Shown here in pieces: positions 13,520 to 27,030 of a DNA stretch of 64,000 nt (position 1 is the stretch's first letter; each line of letters begins with the position of its first letter). This DNA is from Azolla caroliniana. Taxonomy: Eukaryota; Plantae; Polypodiophyta. The stretch spans positions 21,328,001 through 21,392,000 of the forward strand of contig JBHGNT010000010.1 in NCBI GenBank assembly GCA_043228905.1. The letters run 5' to 3'. The position numbers and the translations under genes were made by a program. The notes beneath the pieces were generated by a model. That model was not told the DNA's origin, ran no database searches, and was given only the letters and a program-made list of their open reading frames with translations.

Positions 13520-15291
13520 TTAAGGTTTTTCCCAGCCACCCAATCTTTCTTGGGGATCATAATTTGTGAATAACATGAATTCATTCCCCAGTTTGTTATG
13601 ATGTGTCGGCCTAAACCCACAAGGATGGGCATTCAGAAGTTCTCGAGCATGCTCAAGTTGAACTGCACCTGAGATAAAATTAAAGCCCGAAAAACAGTCT
13701 TTTAATTTTGTTTCCTTCTTTCTATAATTATCATAATACAAGCATTCGAAAGCACATAAATCTACACACCTGTCAACAACAGGAGGCATGATTGTCCATT
13801 TTTTGCAAGAAGACTCATTGTTTGAGCCGTCTTCTCAATGCACTCTTTACTCTGCATACAGTATTGAAGGAAAGTAAGCAAGAATTATCTCCACAAGTGA
13901 AAATACTACAAATCTATTTAACAAATCAACATGCATCATGGATGTGAAAATCTTCTCGGTAGATGATTCTGTTTCTGGAAACAAAAACAGTAAAATCCTG
14001 ACGGCCCAGGAGGATGGTCTACGAGTTAAGCCCTTCCCTTAAAAGCCATAGGTAAGGAATTCAGTTTCTACACCCACCTTCAGTTGCAGTGAAGGATCAC
14101 CAATCCCACATCTACATAAAAATACTAATATGCAATAAGGGAAGTAATAATACCAGGTAAGGAGGATCAGCAACCACCACATGAAATGCATGATGATGTT
14201 CTTCAGGTACATCTTCTGGCGAGTTATAATCATAATACGTATAGTCATTGCCATATCTTTGAAACCGTTCATCATACTCATACAAGCGTGCTTTACATGT
14301 GAAGCTTTTCTATAAAAGAAACAAGGCATTGGGTAAAAAAAAAGGTTAAACAACATTACAGTATAGCTTTATATGATGACACAATTGACTTATATTTTCT
14401 AAACTATCATATAAGACATAATTATAGTGACTTTGTTGTAGCAGCGCATGTTATCAAGGTTAAAGCAGATGAGAAAATAGCAAATATAATAATAACATTG
14501 CCAACATAGAAGCATCACGTGAATGCATAATTCAAGCTTAGGACTTAACCCATGTGCATGTATCAAGTATGATAATAATATGTGTAGGTTGGGCACCACA
14601 AAAAGGCAGGTGCAGAGTTTAATTTTAAATTTATCATGTGAATCAACAGGTTATGTGCTCGTATGAGTTACCTAGACATAAATATGTATGTCTTGAATAG
14701 TTTTTAAAACGATAGGTCCAATGTTCACAAATCCAAACAAGGTCATACTGGCTCAATACAACCTGACAATGATAAAAGTTAAAACTCGTGGATGAAAAAA
14801 GAGAAAAAAAAAGTGAACCTATTTGGTTTTTGATGGTTCAATTGATTTCCATAAAACCAGAAATCCATTCCTTTCCTAAGCATTGGCAAAAATATAGGAT
14901 ATGATCGTGAGCAAACATCCAAAGTGGAAGACACGCGTATAAATAATCACATGTAAAGAGATATAGGGAGACGAATAGATAAATATACCTTCAGTTCCAC
15001 ATAGAGAGACGGGCAAGAAATGCAAGCAATCGGAGAATCCAATGTCTTGCTCAGAAAATCCAGCTCTTGAGAGACTTCGAAGGATGTCTGTGGATCATAC
15101 CAGAACTGACTGAGACGCCAATCTTCAGGCAACACACTAGGAAGCTCCTCCTCCGTTCCTTCTGATTCTTCCTCCTTTCCTTCTGATTCCTGAAGCAAAC
15201 CTGTTTCCGCCATGAATTCTTGCAAAGCTGCGAGGGCGTGCGAGCTCAGGCGCGGCGTATCGTCATCTGTTTCGTTCTCCGCAACCGCCAT
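13520..15291 (-). CDS. EEF1AKMT1: EEF1A lysine methyltransferase 1 (N6AMT2/Efm5-like), 229 aa, 4 exons
   Basis: Exons 14989-15291, 14154-14309, 13770-13851, 13520-13668. Motifs: LSSHALAALQEF, EDWRLSQFWY, IACISCPSLY, LYEYDERF, VVVADPPYL, FRPTHHNKLGNEF. Confidence 0.93.
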
Positions 15292-15329
15292 GGCTCCAGC
15301 TCGATTACTGTGTGTACTAGAGAGAAGAA

Positions 15330-15338
15330 AAACCCTAA
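15330..15338. promoter_or_regulatory. telo-box (AAACCCTAA) upstream of the EEF1AKMT1 start
   Basis: Exact motif about 40 bp from the ATG. Telo-boxes are typical of plant translation-machinery genes. Confidence 0.55.
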
Positions 15339-18039
15339 TGGTTTTCTCTGCAATCGTTCAGAGCATTGGTTATGGTGGGAGGGGGGCTATTTTTGCAATT
15401 TGTGAGAATTACGAGGGTTAGTTTCAGATTTAATTAGTGATCGACTCAACATGAGACCACGAAACTCCTTATACAATCTCTACTCGGGTTTCATGTGGAT
15501 TTGGTTTGTCTTGTGTTGTTTTTTGCTTGTAATATGCGATGTGAGTGCTAGAATATGTGCCGGGTCCTTAAGAATTTCATGAGTGATTAATCGGCCGAAC
15601 CTGCTCTTCTTGCAACACCTTCTCTCCTCGAATTCTCCTTTAATTAGCGTCTACATAAGCTCTACATGGGTTGTTCCTTATGCCTAAGGGATGAGCTATG
15701 CATATAAAACCCTTATCTATACATATATATAATATATGCATGTGACAGTTTAATTGGTGTTTTGGCCATAGGTCAAGAAAGAGATTTGGAGCAAGAATGG
15801 CCTCTTGAGAGCATCCCATTCTAGGGAATATGACATGTGTGTGTGCACATGTGCACTCTCTTAATGTTCTTTATTGCTTAGATATATCTATACTTTACTA
15901 GGCTCAACACCTCACCACCATGTTTTGCATAGTTGTAGTCGTCGATGTTGTCGTGAGCTTGATATCGATGACCACTCCAATTGGTTCCCCAAGAAACAAA
16001 CATAAGTTTTGTTGTGTCCTATTTTGCGCACAATCTTTACAGATATCATGTTATTGATTTATCTAAATCTCAATCCTCGCGAGACATTATTTATTACTGT
16101 ATTTAACACAAGAACTCACTTGGAAACCTACAACGCAAGGGCATTTATCACATTGATATTTAATTTGGGATCAAGAGTAAGGGTCAAATCCATTGGTTTT
16201 AGTGCCCTTGGGGAAATTATCACATGGGAGAAATTCCAATGACAATCAATCTATTTTTGGAAACACGAACATATATCTTGTCTTATGGCCACGATATAAA
16301 TACATGACCATGGGCCATTGAATGATAGCTTAACCCACCAAAAGAAGGATTTGAACAAGATGAAACTTGGTGGTTTTTTTTATTGACAAGGTTGATGCGT
16401 CTCTAGACTCTCACCTTTATGAGGGATGTAATAAGAAGTATTTGTGGGCCATTTGTGCTAAAATTTCACTTAAGTGATCATGTCATACGAGCACCCAACT
16501 AATTAGTTGAAAGTAATAACACGTACAAGTAAGTTGGTGATATTTCAATCCCACGTGGCACTTTCTCCTGGGTTATATTGCAAAAACAATTATTACATAT
16601 GTGGGCACTACAAATGCTCACCTAACTTAAAAATTATTTGATAGAAATATAAGACACTTTAATTGTTTATTGCATACACAATTGCTCTGTTATCTCAACG
16701 AGTAAGGCGTAATTTAAGTCATTCACCTTGACATTGTGATGAATAATGTTACAATTATGATGGATTATAGTTAAGGTTAAGGAAAAAGTGATGTGTGTGA
16801 TTTGCTTAGCGAATGAGAAACCACGTATATTACCATATTATTCTATGAAAAACCTCATTTTCCTTGCATCTAAATAATAATTTGCCACATAAATTCTGAT
16901 TTCTCTCTCTCTCTCTCGACATCTGATTCCAACATTCCTTTTTGTCAAACCAAATAAAAAGTAGTACTCATGAGGTTAGGTTGCACCTCCCTTCAAGTGA
17001 AGTTTCACCTTTATTGGAAAGGTTACTTTTTAGAGATAAGAATGTTATCTTTGAACTTGATCTCCCACAAAAGACAAGGTAATCTTCCAAAGAAGATTGT
17101 AAATAGGTGTATAATAATAATGCATAGATGAATTACTTAAATTTTCAATGATTTTATATTTGAGCATATTGTTCTCCTTACATGGTTTCTTGATCTCTAC
17201 CAAGCTGAAAATTTCCATGAACTCGAGCTTTGACGGTAGGGATTTTGCTAGTGAGGTGAGAGCACATATATAAAAGGCTTGTATATGTTGTGGTCAAATG
17301 AATTCATCTACATCAATGGTTTATGACGCCTAACCTTTTGAATGGATACCTGATGACATAAATGATGAATGTTCAAATTATGCACACGAATCAAACAACC
17401 AGTCCCACCTAGAATGACAAACATGCCCAAGTTGCACCGTAATCAATGTGGATTCACTCGTTGACCGCACACAAACATGAACCACGAGCAAGTGAAACAA
17501 AGCCATAAAACGAGAATACAATATTAATTAAATGGTCATGACTCATAACAAGCAAATAGATATAACGTAAAACTAGAACACAAAAGGAGTAAAAAAAAAC
17601 ACGTCGTAATAAATTAATAATGGTAGAATGAATCACTTTTCGTGTGGTGACACCAAAAAGAAGAGGTGTGGTGGCATAACAAGAATGGAGTTATGCGGCC
17701 CCTTGCATTTTTGTGTGATGAGGCCCTATCGATGCTCACGTGGGAGCTCTTCATATGGGTTCTTTAATAGCAGATGAGAAGCAACAACATCACGGTGGAG
17801 GCAACGAGCTCTTTGTACTGTAAAATTGTAAATGAATCATATCATACGTGACCGACCCTCCCTCGATCGTGCTCTCTTCCTTGTGGACAACCCTTTAGGC
17901 CAATGAGAGACACATATGAGCATGGAATTTCTTTTCTAGTGGAGAGATTGTAACTAACTATAGAAACAATCCCCCCAATTTGGTTGTGGGAATTGCCAGC
18001 TAATAATAATAATAATAACAATATGCGTAGGATGTACGT

Positions 18040-18206
18040 ATACAGTGTGTATGTACATATGTATGTTTTGCATGCATGTACAGTATAAAGTGTGTATGTA
18101 TGTATTGTATGTATACAGTAGCGTATGTATGTATCACGTATACATATATGTATTTATGTCTGTTTGTATGTACATATATGTTGCACCAACCATATATATA
18201 CATACA

Positions 18207-18237
<31 letters not shown>

Positions 18238-18340
18238 TCATCCGAAAGAGAGAAAAAAACAAATCAAATCAAATAAAAAATAAAAAACAAGAACAGAAGA
18301 ACATACATACATTACATACATTACATACATTACATACTTC
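18040..18340. repeat. low-complexity TATG/TACA microsatellite region
   Basis: Runs of (TACA)n at about 18200-18235, degenerate TATG repeats and (ACATTACAT)3. Confidence 0.8.
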
Positions 18341-19853
18341 CAGCCTAGCAGCAACCGGCATCTCTTCTTCTTTCTTCTTTCTTCTTTCTTCTTCTTCATG
18401 CTCACTCACCTCAACCTCAACCTGTTTCTTTTCTTTCCTTTTCTTTTTCTTTTCTTTCTGTTTTTTGCTCCTTCCTTTTTCAAATCCCGTTCTTGGTATC
18501 TACATACTATCGCCAAAGAAATAGAAAACTAAAATAATGAATATAATAAAAATTAAAAATAAACGACAACGTTTCTGCTCTTTTTTGAAATATGTGGAAA
18601 TAGATTCACGCCTTGTTTATTTATTTATTTATTTATGTATATACATAATATATATGTACATACTTAATTGATTAACTAATTAATTCTCAACTCAGACATT
18701 AGCTTCATCATTTCTTTGTCTCTTTCGTCATATCATATCACATCAAAGCTTTGCTTTTGCTTGCATCAGGTTCAGAGCAGAGACGATAATACATATCAAC
18801 GTATCTTCTTCTTTCTTTCTCTCTGTTTCTTCTTCTTCTTCTTCTCCAGAAATGGCGATCTTTGGTCGAACCTGATTTCTTATTCTTCTTATTCTCCCTC
18901 TCCCTCCCCCCCCCCCCCCCCAATCGCTCAGAAACGACATTTTTCACAGGTAAAGATCATCATCATTTTGGTTGTTTGATCCTTGCCTTCTAGGCTAACC
19001 ACCTGCTCATCGTTTGTTTGATTGTGTGTTCTGGCTTAATTCATTTATTTCTGTGATCTTGCATTTGCCTAAATAAAATCATTTCTTTCTTTGATCCTGC
19101 ATTTTGCCTCCAATCTTCTAAAATCTGTTTGTACTTGCATTTTGCAGAATCTTCTATAAGTTGTTTGATCTTACCTTTTCTGGCTTAAATCATCTCTGGT
19201 TATCTGTTTGTATTTCGTTAATTCCGCACATTCTATGTTTTTGTGGTATTTCCCTACCATTCTTGAAGAATGATCATAAATTTTCGAGGAATGTTTTATC
19301 ATCCCGTAATTTCTCGAAATATTTATAATTTCGAATCAACTTTCCCTTGCATTGTAAGAAATTTCTTGCCTTTATTCATTATATCGGAATTGTTGTTGGT
19401 TTTTCTTTCTTTTGCTTTTTTCCATTTCTTTTTTCTTGTCTCTTAATTCCTAATCATCTAGCTGCTGGTCGATCTTACCCCTTTTTAACCACGTATTTGC
19501 CTGCATTGAGATGCATTTCTTCTGTTTATGTGCAGTCCTCCAAAATCGCCATTTGTTTGATCGTGGCTTTCTCTTATTCCTCTAGAATTTCTTTCTGGCT
19601 TCATTTTTGCCTCATCTTCTTGTGGTTATTCTATTGTGCGAGGCGAGCTGTATTAAACCGTGATATGCTACAAGGAAATACATATGTGGCTGTAAATAGG
19701 CTTTACAAAAATAACCAACTCTGCTATTTATACGTGTGAAATACATATGAAATATATGTCAAAAAGATTAGTATAAATCTCACATTCCCCTATCTGTGTT
19801 TGAGACGCTATACTGTTGATTATTTATACTTCTTTTTACAAATATCTCAAATA

Positions 19854-20082
19854 TCTAGGCAGCACAATTCAAAATTGGGAAACTTGTTTGTTTGTAGGAG
19901 TAAAATTGAGGAAAGATCTGATGGTCTTCTCTAGGAAGCACAATTCAAATTTGGGAAACTTGTTTGTTTGTAGGAGTAAAATTGAGGAAAGATCTGATGG
20001 TCTTCTCTAGGCAGCACAATTCAAAATTGGGAAACTTGTTTGTTTGTAGGAGTAAAATTGAGGAAAGATCTGATGGTCTTCT
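19854..20082. repeat. 3 x 76-bp tandem repeat
   Basis: TCTAGGMAGCACAATTCAAA...GATCTGATGGTCTTC starts at 19854, 19930 and 20006. The copies are nearly identical. Confidence 0.95.
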
Positions 20083-20189
20083 TTATTTCCTTCTATCGGT
20101 GCTTTTCTTGATTTTTTGGGTACATTTAATAGTGTTACAAAATATTGATTATTGATTCCCAATGTGAACTTTGAAGATATTGTCTCGTA

Positions 20190-22150
20190 CTAGTCTCCTA
20201 GTGTAATCAGATATCAATGCAAAAAGTAGTCTCTGAAGCCATACACCTTCTTTGGCTGCATAAGCAACTGCCGTAAATTCTGCTCTAGTTTCTTAGATTT
20301 TCAAGATATGGTTCCATCATTTATGATAAAAACATAACCTTTAGTAGAACATGTTGTATCTTTGCCCTCATTGTAATCAGCATCGCACCATCCTCAAATT
20401 GTTGAATAGGATTGGTTTAAAGCTTGCAGGACACATCCTTTTTATCTCTTGAGGATCTGTGGAAGTCATGCCAGAACTCAGTGAAAGATGTGGGGCAGCT
20501 GGAATGGGAGATGGTTTAAGATCCATCATGGTCTATTTGTCGAGGATCTCTTTTGTCAACTTTCTTTGGTGTAGTGGATGCTGTTGTCTGGTCCTTATAT
20601 ATTGAGTCGATGCCTAACATGTAGTGGAGAGTTCCACCATCTATGATTGAAAAAGTATTTGTAAGCTCTTCTTTGGCTGCTTCATTGTGCTCGTCTTCAT
20701 CGCTGATGATCAAGATATCATCCATATAAACGGCTAAGTTGAGGAGGTGAACTACCATTCTGGCATGTGTAGAGATTTTGGTCTGATCATAATTTCTGGT
20801 ATCCTTTCTAGGTAAGGCAGCGCTGTAGTCCACAGTATCAAAGTCTAGGAGATTGCTGCAATCCATGTAAGATTCTCATCAAAAGATGTACATGCTCAGG
20901 GTGTTTGATTTATATCAATTTGATGAATGTAGAGGTTAAGTTGAGCATCTACACTTATGGTTCTTCAAAGGCTTGCAATAGTGAGCATTATGGAGATGGT
21001 TTCATGAATGTCCATGCTTGCTACTTGATTGAAGCCTCAAGCATTAACCTTGCTTTGTGGCAATGTAATGTTTGACCTGGATTCAGTGTGCATCTAAGAA
21101 GCCATTTGCTGGTGATGACTCGACTTGGCAATCCTTTTGGCAAGTTACTGAAATCCACATGTGTTCTCCATTTATCAACTCTATTTTAGATTTCACAGAT
21201 GCCAACCAATAGTCTGCTTTGGGTCTTTTTAATGCAGCTGCTAAAATTTGAAATCGTGGCTATCATTTTCATCAAGGAGAGACAAACTTAGGTTTAATGT
21301 GTAGTTAAGGATGCTGTGAAGTTATGAGCAGTGGGTTTAGTGGAAAGTTGATCAACAATGGAGTTTAAAGAGTGTACGATGTAGCATATATTTTGTTCTT
21401 TAGTCTTCTGGAAGGGCATCAGCTGTGAATTTAAGTGGCATCATTTGGAACGTATTTTCTTTCATTGATAGGAACACTATACATGAGGTACAAGGAAGTT
21501 GTGATGGGATGAGTAAATCAATAGAAGTTGTTGGGTGGTTTTGTTGAGAAGCTTCGTGATACATTCACCATAGCTGGTGGGTATTTATTTGGTAGCGTTG
21601 TCTTCTACTTTGTTTCTCTTTGGTACAAATGATTATGCAATACTATCAAAAATCTTTATGCGAAAAATATTTGATTTGATACCTGACCAATTTTCGAGTG
21701 ATGCAATACTAAATTGAAACTTACAGATGGTTGGGTTGTTAAGATGACATCTCTTCTTGCTAGAACATTCACCGTAACCGAAGAAGATTTGTTTGGTAGA
21801 GCTGTCTTCTAGCTTATCTCTTTTGGCTTTGGGTACAAATGATTGTGAAACACTATCAAAAATCTATATGTGAGAAAGATCTGGTTTGATGTCTGGCCAG
21901 TTTCCAAGTGGTGTTTGAAAGCTGAGTATTGTAATGGGTAACCTGTTTTGTAAGTAGCAAGCAGTTGCAACAGCTTTTTCTCAAATGAAGTAAAGAGCTC
22001 CTGTGAGCGAGCATCCATTAGCTGGAAATTTGGAGTGTCAATCCATTAGAATTCTGTTCTATCCCGCATGAGAAAGTAAAGAGCTCCTGTGAGAGAAGGA
22101 GTGGGCATGGGTACCTATAGATTGGTGTGGATGATTTTGGAGGGTATCAA
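20190..22150 (-). mobile_element. degraded Ty1/Copia pol remnant (RT-RNase H) in the 5'UTR intron of the RPL18a-like gene
   Basis: Minus-strand peptides LAVYMDDILII (RT YxDD), GGTLHYMLGI, WCDADY...STKGYVF and SRAEFTAVAYAAKEGVWL (Copia RNase H), with many stops and frameshifts. The upper boundary is approximate. Confidence 0.85.
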
Positions 22151-22182
22151 TTGTTTATTGGATTGATCAAAGATATGGATAT

Positions 22183-22323
22183 GGTGTCACACACTTGTTA
22201 TCTGTTTTGTTTTTCTTTACATCTAAGTTGGTGTCTCACAGTTGTTATCTGTTTTGTTTTTCCTTACGTCTAAGTTGGTGTCTCACACCTGTTATCTGTT
22301 TTGTTTTTCTTTACATCTAAGTT
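22183..22323. repeat. 3 x 47-bp tandem repeat
   Basis: A GGTGTCTCACA..TGTTATCTGTTTTGTTTTTC.TTAC.TCTAAGTT unit occurs three times. Confidence 0.9.
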
Positions 22324-22750
22324 TCTTTCTCTCTGTGGGGAACCTTTAATTCACGTGTCATCTATTTCCATCGAGCTATCTGATTTACCTTTGCTCTGTA
22401 TATTGTTCTCGTGTGGAAAAATCCAAATGCTTTTTCTGGATCTCCTTGTGGGGGTTTTAATCCTGTTTCTATTGATTTTTTTGGTTATTATCCTTGCTTT
22501 CTGTTTTCTGGACTTCTCTGTTTCAAACGTCTTGTTTTATGCTATAATCTGATTGTATTTTCTGCTATTTGATCAATATCAGGAAACACATGTTGTCCAA
22601 AGTGAGACCTTCACACGCTTCACTTAAACGTTTTAGATTGTAGGAAGGCTAGCGGTTCATATTCAATTGAGGTCAGAAATGCTCCTAACAATAACGTTAT
22701 TGATCAAGGTCAGGAGAATACATCGATCTCACCTCAGGCTATAATTGATC

Positions 22751-24153
22751 ATGGTTAAAGGCGAAGGTATAATGAAAACCCTTGTAATCGAGATTCAAAT
22801 AACAATTCATCATTGGAAGTTTTCATTGAATTTATGTTCTTTGTGCAGGCACTCAGAAGTCTTCTTTAGTATCAATATCGCATATGTTATCTTCTGATGA
22901 TGAATATGATGAATCTTACCCTATTATTGGACTTTATGATAGACCTCTACCCTTTTGTGGATGTGGCATCGGTTGGTTCTCGTAAGTTCTCCACTACCAT
23001 TTTCCTTTTTGATCAACATTTGTATTGCAGCATTCGCTGTAGGCTTTGTGATTATATGTTAACGATGGATAACTGTCACAGTAATCCTTTAGGCTTCTCT
23101 TTATATTTAGCCCATTGAAAGATCCAGCATAAAAACAAGATAAATGGATCGGAACTGTTTGGTTGCTTTATGTAATTACTACAGGGTTTCTATGCTTCTT
23201 CATTGCTTAATAAGCTATAATAATATGTGCAACACCCCTTCCATTTATGGTTCTTATAGATGCCGGAATCCAAACTGTATATGCAATTCTGCATCTCTGG
23301 ATCTAAGAAGAAAGTATGTGGTGGGTAATTATGTTCTTTTGGTCAATGCTGGGTCCAAGCTGCCTACTTAGTTATTTGATGGAGTAACCTGTTGAAAGTT
23401 TTCGTCCGTGATGCCTGTTGGGAAGGGAAGGGAAGGGAAGGGGCCTAAATTGGCGAACTTTCTCTGTTAGATTTTTCTGTTTTTTGCGTCCCTGATGTGT
23501 ATGCAACATAGCCACTCATGATGTAAGGTAGAATCAAAGTGCAAAGTGCTGCAAAATCTTCTATGCCATAGTGATTGTATCAATGAAACAACATATGATT
23601 GTCCTGAGAGTGGATGCTCTTAGTTCTTTGTGGTAAGAGATCTACGGATGTTATTAAAATATTAGTAACCTCATGTCTACGGTCACTGATGATGACTTTT
23701 CTAAATGACGTCTGGAAAGTTCATTTGCCTCAACTTTATGACCTTTTAGAAAGATCATCATTTCATGTACATTTTTTTAATATTTGGGTGTGCTTTCTGG
23801 AGTAGCATGGTGTGCTACAGCTGAAAATAGAAAGCTAATGATAAATAAATCAACTAAAAATTTGCTCAACGATTTAATACTTGGAGTCTTGGTTTAGGTT
23901 TCTTTTGGGCTATGCGCTCCCCATTGCGTGGTACTATGGTGCATTTTTGTATTTGACAAATTATTATCAGCATGACCCGCGCGAACGTTCTGGACTTGCA
24001 GCATCCGCCATTATGGTTAGTTGGCTTTACATCTTCACCAAATTGTGATTTTGTAACAATCCAATATGTGATGACTATTATCTGTCACTGTATATGCAGG
24101 CTCTCTTGTGCAGTATTGTGGTGTTGATTGTTGTTTTCTTGACATGTATATGA
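22751..24153 (+). CDS. '60S ribosomal protein L18a-like' small membrane protein (plant family, not true eL20), 106 aa
   Basis: Exons 22751-22766, 22849-22981, 23898-24015, 24100-24153 give ...YDRPLPFCGCGIGWFSFLLGYALPIAWYYGAFLYLTNYYQHDPRERSGLAASAIMALLCSIVVLIVVFLTCI*, the family signature. It is absent from the ORF track. A probable 5'UTR intron spans 18950-22582. Confidence 0.9.
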
Positions 24154-24595
24154 ATTTATTGAAGATGCACAAAGCATGATATGTGGATGTGTATGTTTAT
24201 ATGAGTTGTTATAGGCTTTGAAAAAAGGGCTCAAAACAATGTATAAATATGTGTGAATCAACCTCATCAATCAAGGATGAACTGCTTCTATGTGGTGCCC
24301 ATACGATGTGTGGGATGATATTGAGTGTCAAAACTCCACAATTATATAGAATCATGTTACAAAAAGGGTTTCTTTCCTTAAACCTCAAGAGATGTATAGA
24401 TTCATGTCAAAATATATGCAAAATTATTTGAAAATGAATCTTATTATGTAGTTGAAAAACGGATGCCAAATCCTTATTGATGAACAAAGTTTACTTCCAA
24501 TTGATTTGTTCATTATGGTCAACTAAGTAGCAGCAATTTATATTGAGCACACACTTACTGGTTATACTATGCCATGGCTAGTTAACTAAGGCACG

Positions 24596-24834
24596 TTCAT
24601 ATGGTAACCGAAACATAGTCTTCATATATACAGATGCATAGAAAACGAATTCTAAAAAGGCTTCATTAAAAACGAATTCTAAAAAGGAGAAGGCACATTA
24701 AATTACCAATGAGTGAAACATACAAAATTTAATGTGCCTTCTCCTTTTTAGAATTCGTTTTTAATGAAGCCTTTTTAGAATTCGTTTTCTATGCATCTGT
24801 ATATATGAAGACTATGTTTCGGTTACCATATGAA
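24596..24834. repeat. perfect inverted repeat: 109-bp arms, 21-nt spacer
   Basis: 24596-24704 is the reverse complement of 24726-24834. Confidence 0.97.
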
Positions 24835-26507
24835 AAATGCGAAAGTGCTTATTCTATGATGAATTTTAGACATCTGTTGAGAATTAATGGAGGAAAGCAA
24901 AATCATGAAAAATGAACTTTAGTGGGCTTTATAGATTTGTTGAGAATAAATGAAGGACAGCAACAAGAGCAAGACTTAACTCTTGGGGAATATTTTTTCT
25001 ATGTTGTGTGGTGATTGCTACATGGCAAAGAGATATGTCAACGTTTGATATAGTTTTATTCCTAAGAGGAAGATTTGTCAAGGGTTGGCCCTATTTTACA
25101 ATACACCAACATTATTGGGAGTATGGATAACCAAGTGCCATGAATTACATTTTGAAATGAATACCAAAAGGAACTCAGGAAAGAAACGTAATACCTTTGG
25201 ATAAATTTAGAATTCCAATGTCTTGAGCTAACTTCTAAGCATGTGCTACGATTTTATGAGGTTGTTGAAACCAAAATGAAATTAATGATGTGTTGAATCA
25301 TCATGTTCTTAATGAATTTTATATAAAATCAGATGTACTACATGAAGAGTTCTTACAAAGGACATTGTAAGATGTAATTAGACACATGGATTATAAGGAT
25401 GTCATGATGGTGTGTAATTTTTGCCTAATGTCAACCTTGTATGGGTTGCCAATGCTTTGAACTTTGTATGATCTTATTGTCACATGATTTGAAAATGATG
25501 TTTTTCTTGTCACAATTACATAGATGCAATAGACCGCCTATATAGGTAACACAGTCTCAGACTGAAAGAACATAATCACCGCTCATTGGTACCCATAGCA
25601 TTGACACAAAAACCATGTCTATGTGAGAGCATAACCTTACAAGTGATGACTAAAATGTGGTAATAAGTCCACTCTGGTATAAATAATTGTGACACTGGAT
25701 GAACCTATTTGTTCTCGCTTAGCGAAAAAAAGCTTGTATATTGCATTAAGGATGGCAAGTTCTAATTAAGACCATAAACTACAAAATCGGATTTAGCGTG
25801 TTGATAAAAAGGAAGGAGAGCAGGGCATGGAATGGGGGACTTATGATCATTAAGTTCTCGGGATGAGAAACATTCAAATGAGATGGTGTAAAATTGGTAG
25901 TCGTTTGAGACGAGTTATTTGATGGGTGAATAGGCATGACATGGTGGGGGGGCATTAGAAAACAGGCATGGTTTACTCAACCCTTGCAGATTCAGATATG
26001 GAAGGATGAAGAACTATATTGGCCAGAGAAATATTGTGGATTGGAAACTGTTAGACAATGTTGGTGTAGGGAGTCATGATAATAAGGAAATGATTGGAAT
26101 GGTTAGTTACATACATTTTGAAAATAGTTGGGATGATGACTGCCAATGGGCAAATGTTAGTTATATATGGAAGTATGGTAAACAATATATACTAATAATG
26201 GGCATGGATACTAGAGATACACGATCAAAATAATATCGGATGGAAGAAGTTTGGCTGAAATTATTCTACCAATGCCGGAAAACGCCTGCTTGGAACTGCT
26301 GGAAATAGTCGATGGATTCTCTGTAGTGATAGTAAATAGTACTAATAGTAGGGCTAAAGTAATAATCATAATGCAGCTACCGAATGGCCCTGCAATATCT
26401 ATGTATCTGATAGGAATGTGTCTAAAGATTAACAATACTAGATGTGTTTATTATATAGAGGGAAAGCTACATGATTATGGTTATGGTTATGGGCATTAAG
26501 TAAGCGT

Positions 26508-26630
26508 GTTTAATCTGGGCATGAAAAATGGAAACAAGAAGAAGAGTTTAAAATGGAGCTTATGAGGACATGGGTTTAATTTGGGCATGAAAAATGGAAA
26601 CAAGAAGAAGAGTTTAGAATGGAGCTTATG
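26508..26630. repeat. 2 x about 67-bp tandem duplication downstream of the MYB stop
   Basis: TTTAATYTGGGCATGAAAAATGGAAACAAGAAGAAGAGTTTARAATGGAGCTTATG occurs twice. Confidence 0.85.
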
Positions 26631-26737
26631 GATGGGTTCTACTACATGTAGTGGGTTAAATTAAGAGTGATTATGGAGGTAAGTATGATGGCCATGGTGG
26701 GCCATGGCCATGATGATGATGATGGGTTTTGCATGGC

Positions 26738-26883
26738 TCACATGACATCGTGCAGAGGGCCGCCCCAGAGTGTGTGAATGAGCATGTTGCCCATCATCTG
26801 ATCGTCCTGCGGTGGATTCATGGGCATGTGCGGGAACATATAGGCCTCCTCTAATTCCATGATGGAGGATGATGAAGATGAGC

Positions 26884-26916
<33 letters not shown>

Positions 26917-26999
26917 GCGGTGCTGCAGGGCATGATGATGATGATGCCATTACATCCTCCAGCTCCCACATGATCAGCTCATTCTCCAGCAGATCATAG

Positions 27000-27030
<31 letters not shown>

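Noticed and set aside
14078-14111. Possible 34-nt cassette exon in EEF1AKMT1 intron 2
   Set aside because: The upstream intron would be only 42 nt, too short for plant splicing.
16380-16480. CGPFVLKF resembling a Ulp1-protease catalytic motif
   Set aside because: Eight residues only, with no supporting His/Asp motifs in frame.
19854-20082. Direct repeats as a possible CRISPR array (also 22183-22323 and 50421-50596)
   Set aside because: Head-to-tail units with no unique spacers, no cas genes, and a eukaryotic context.
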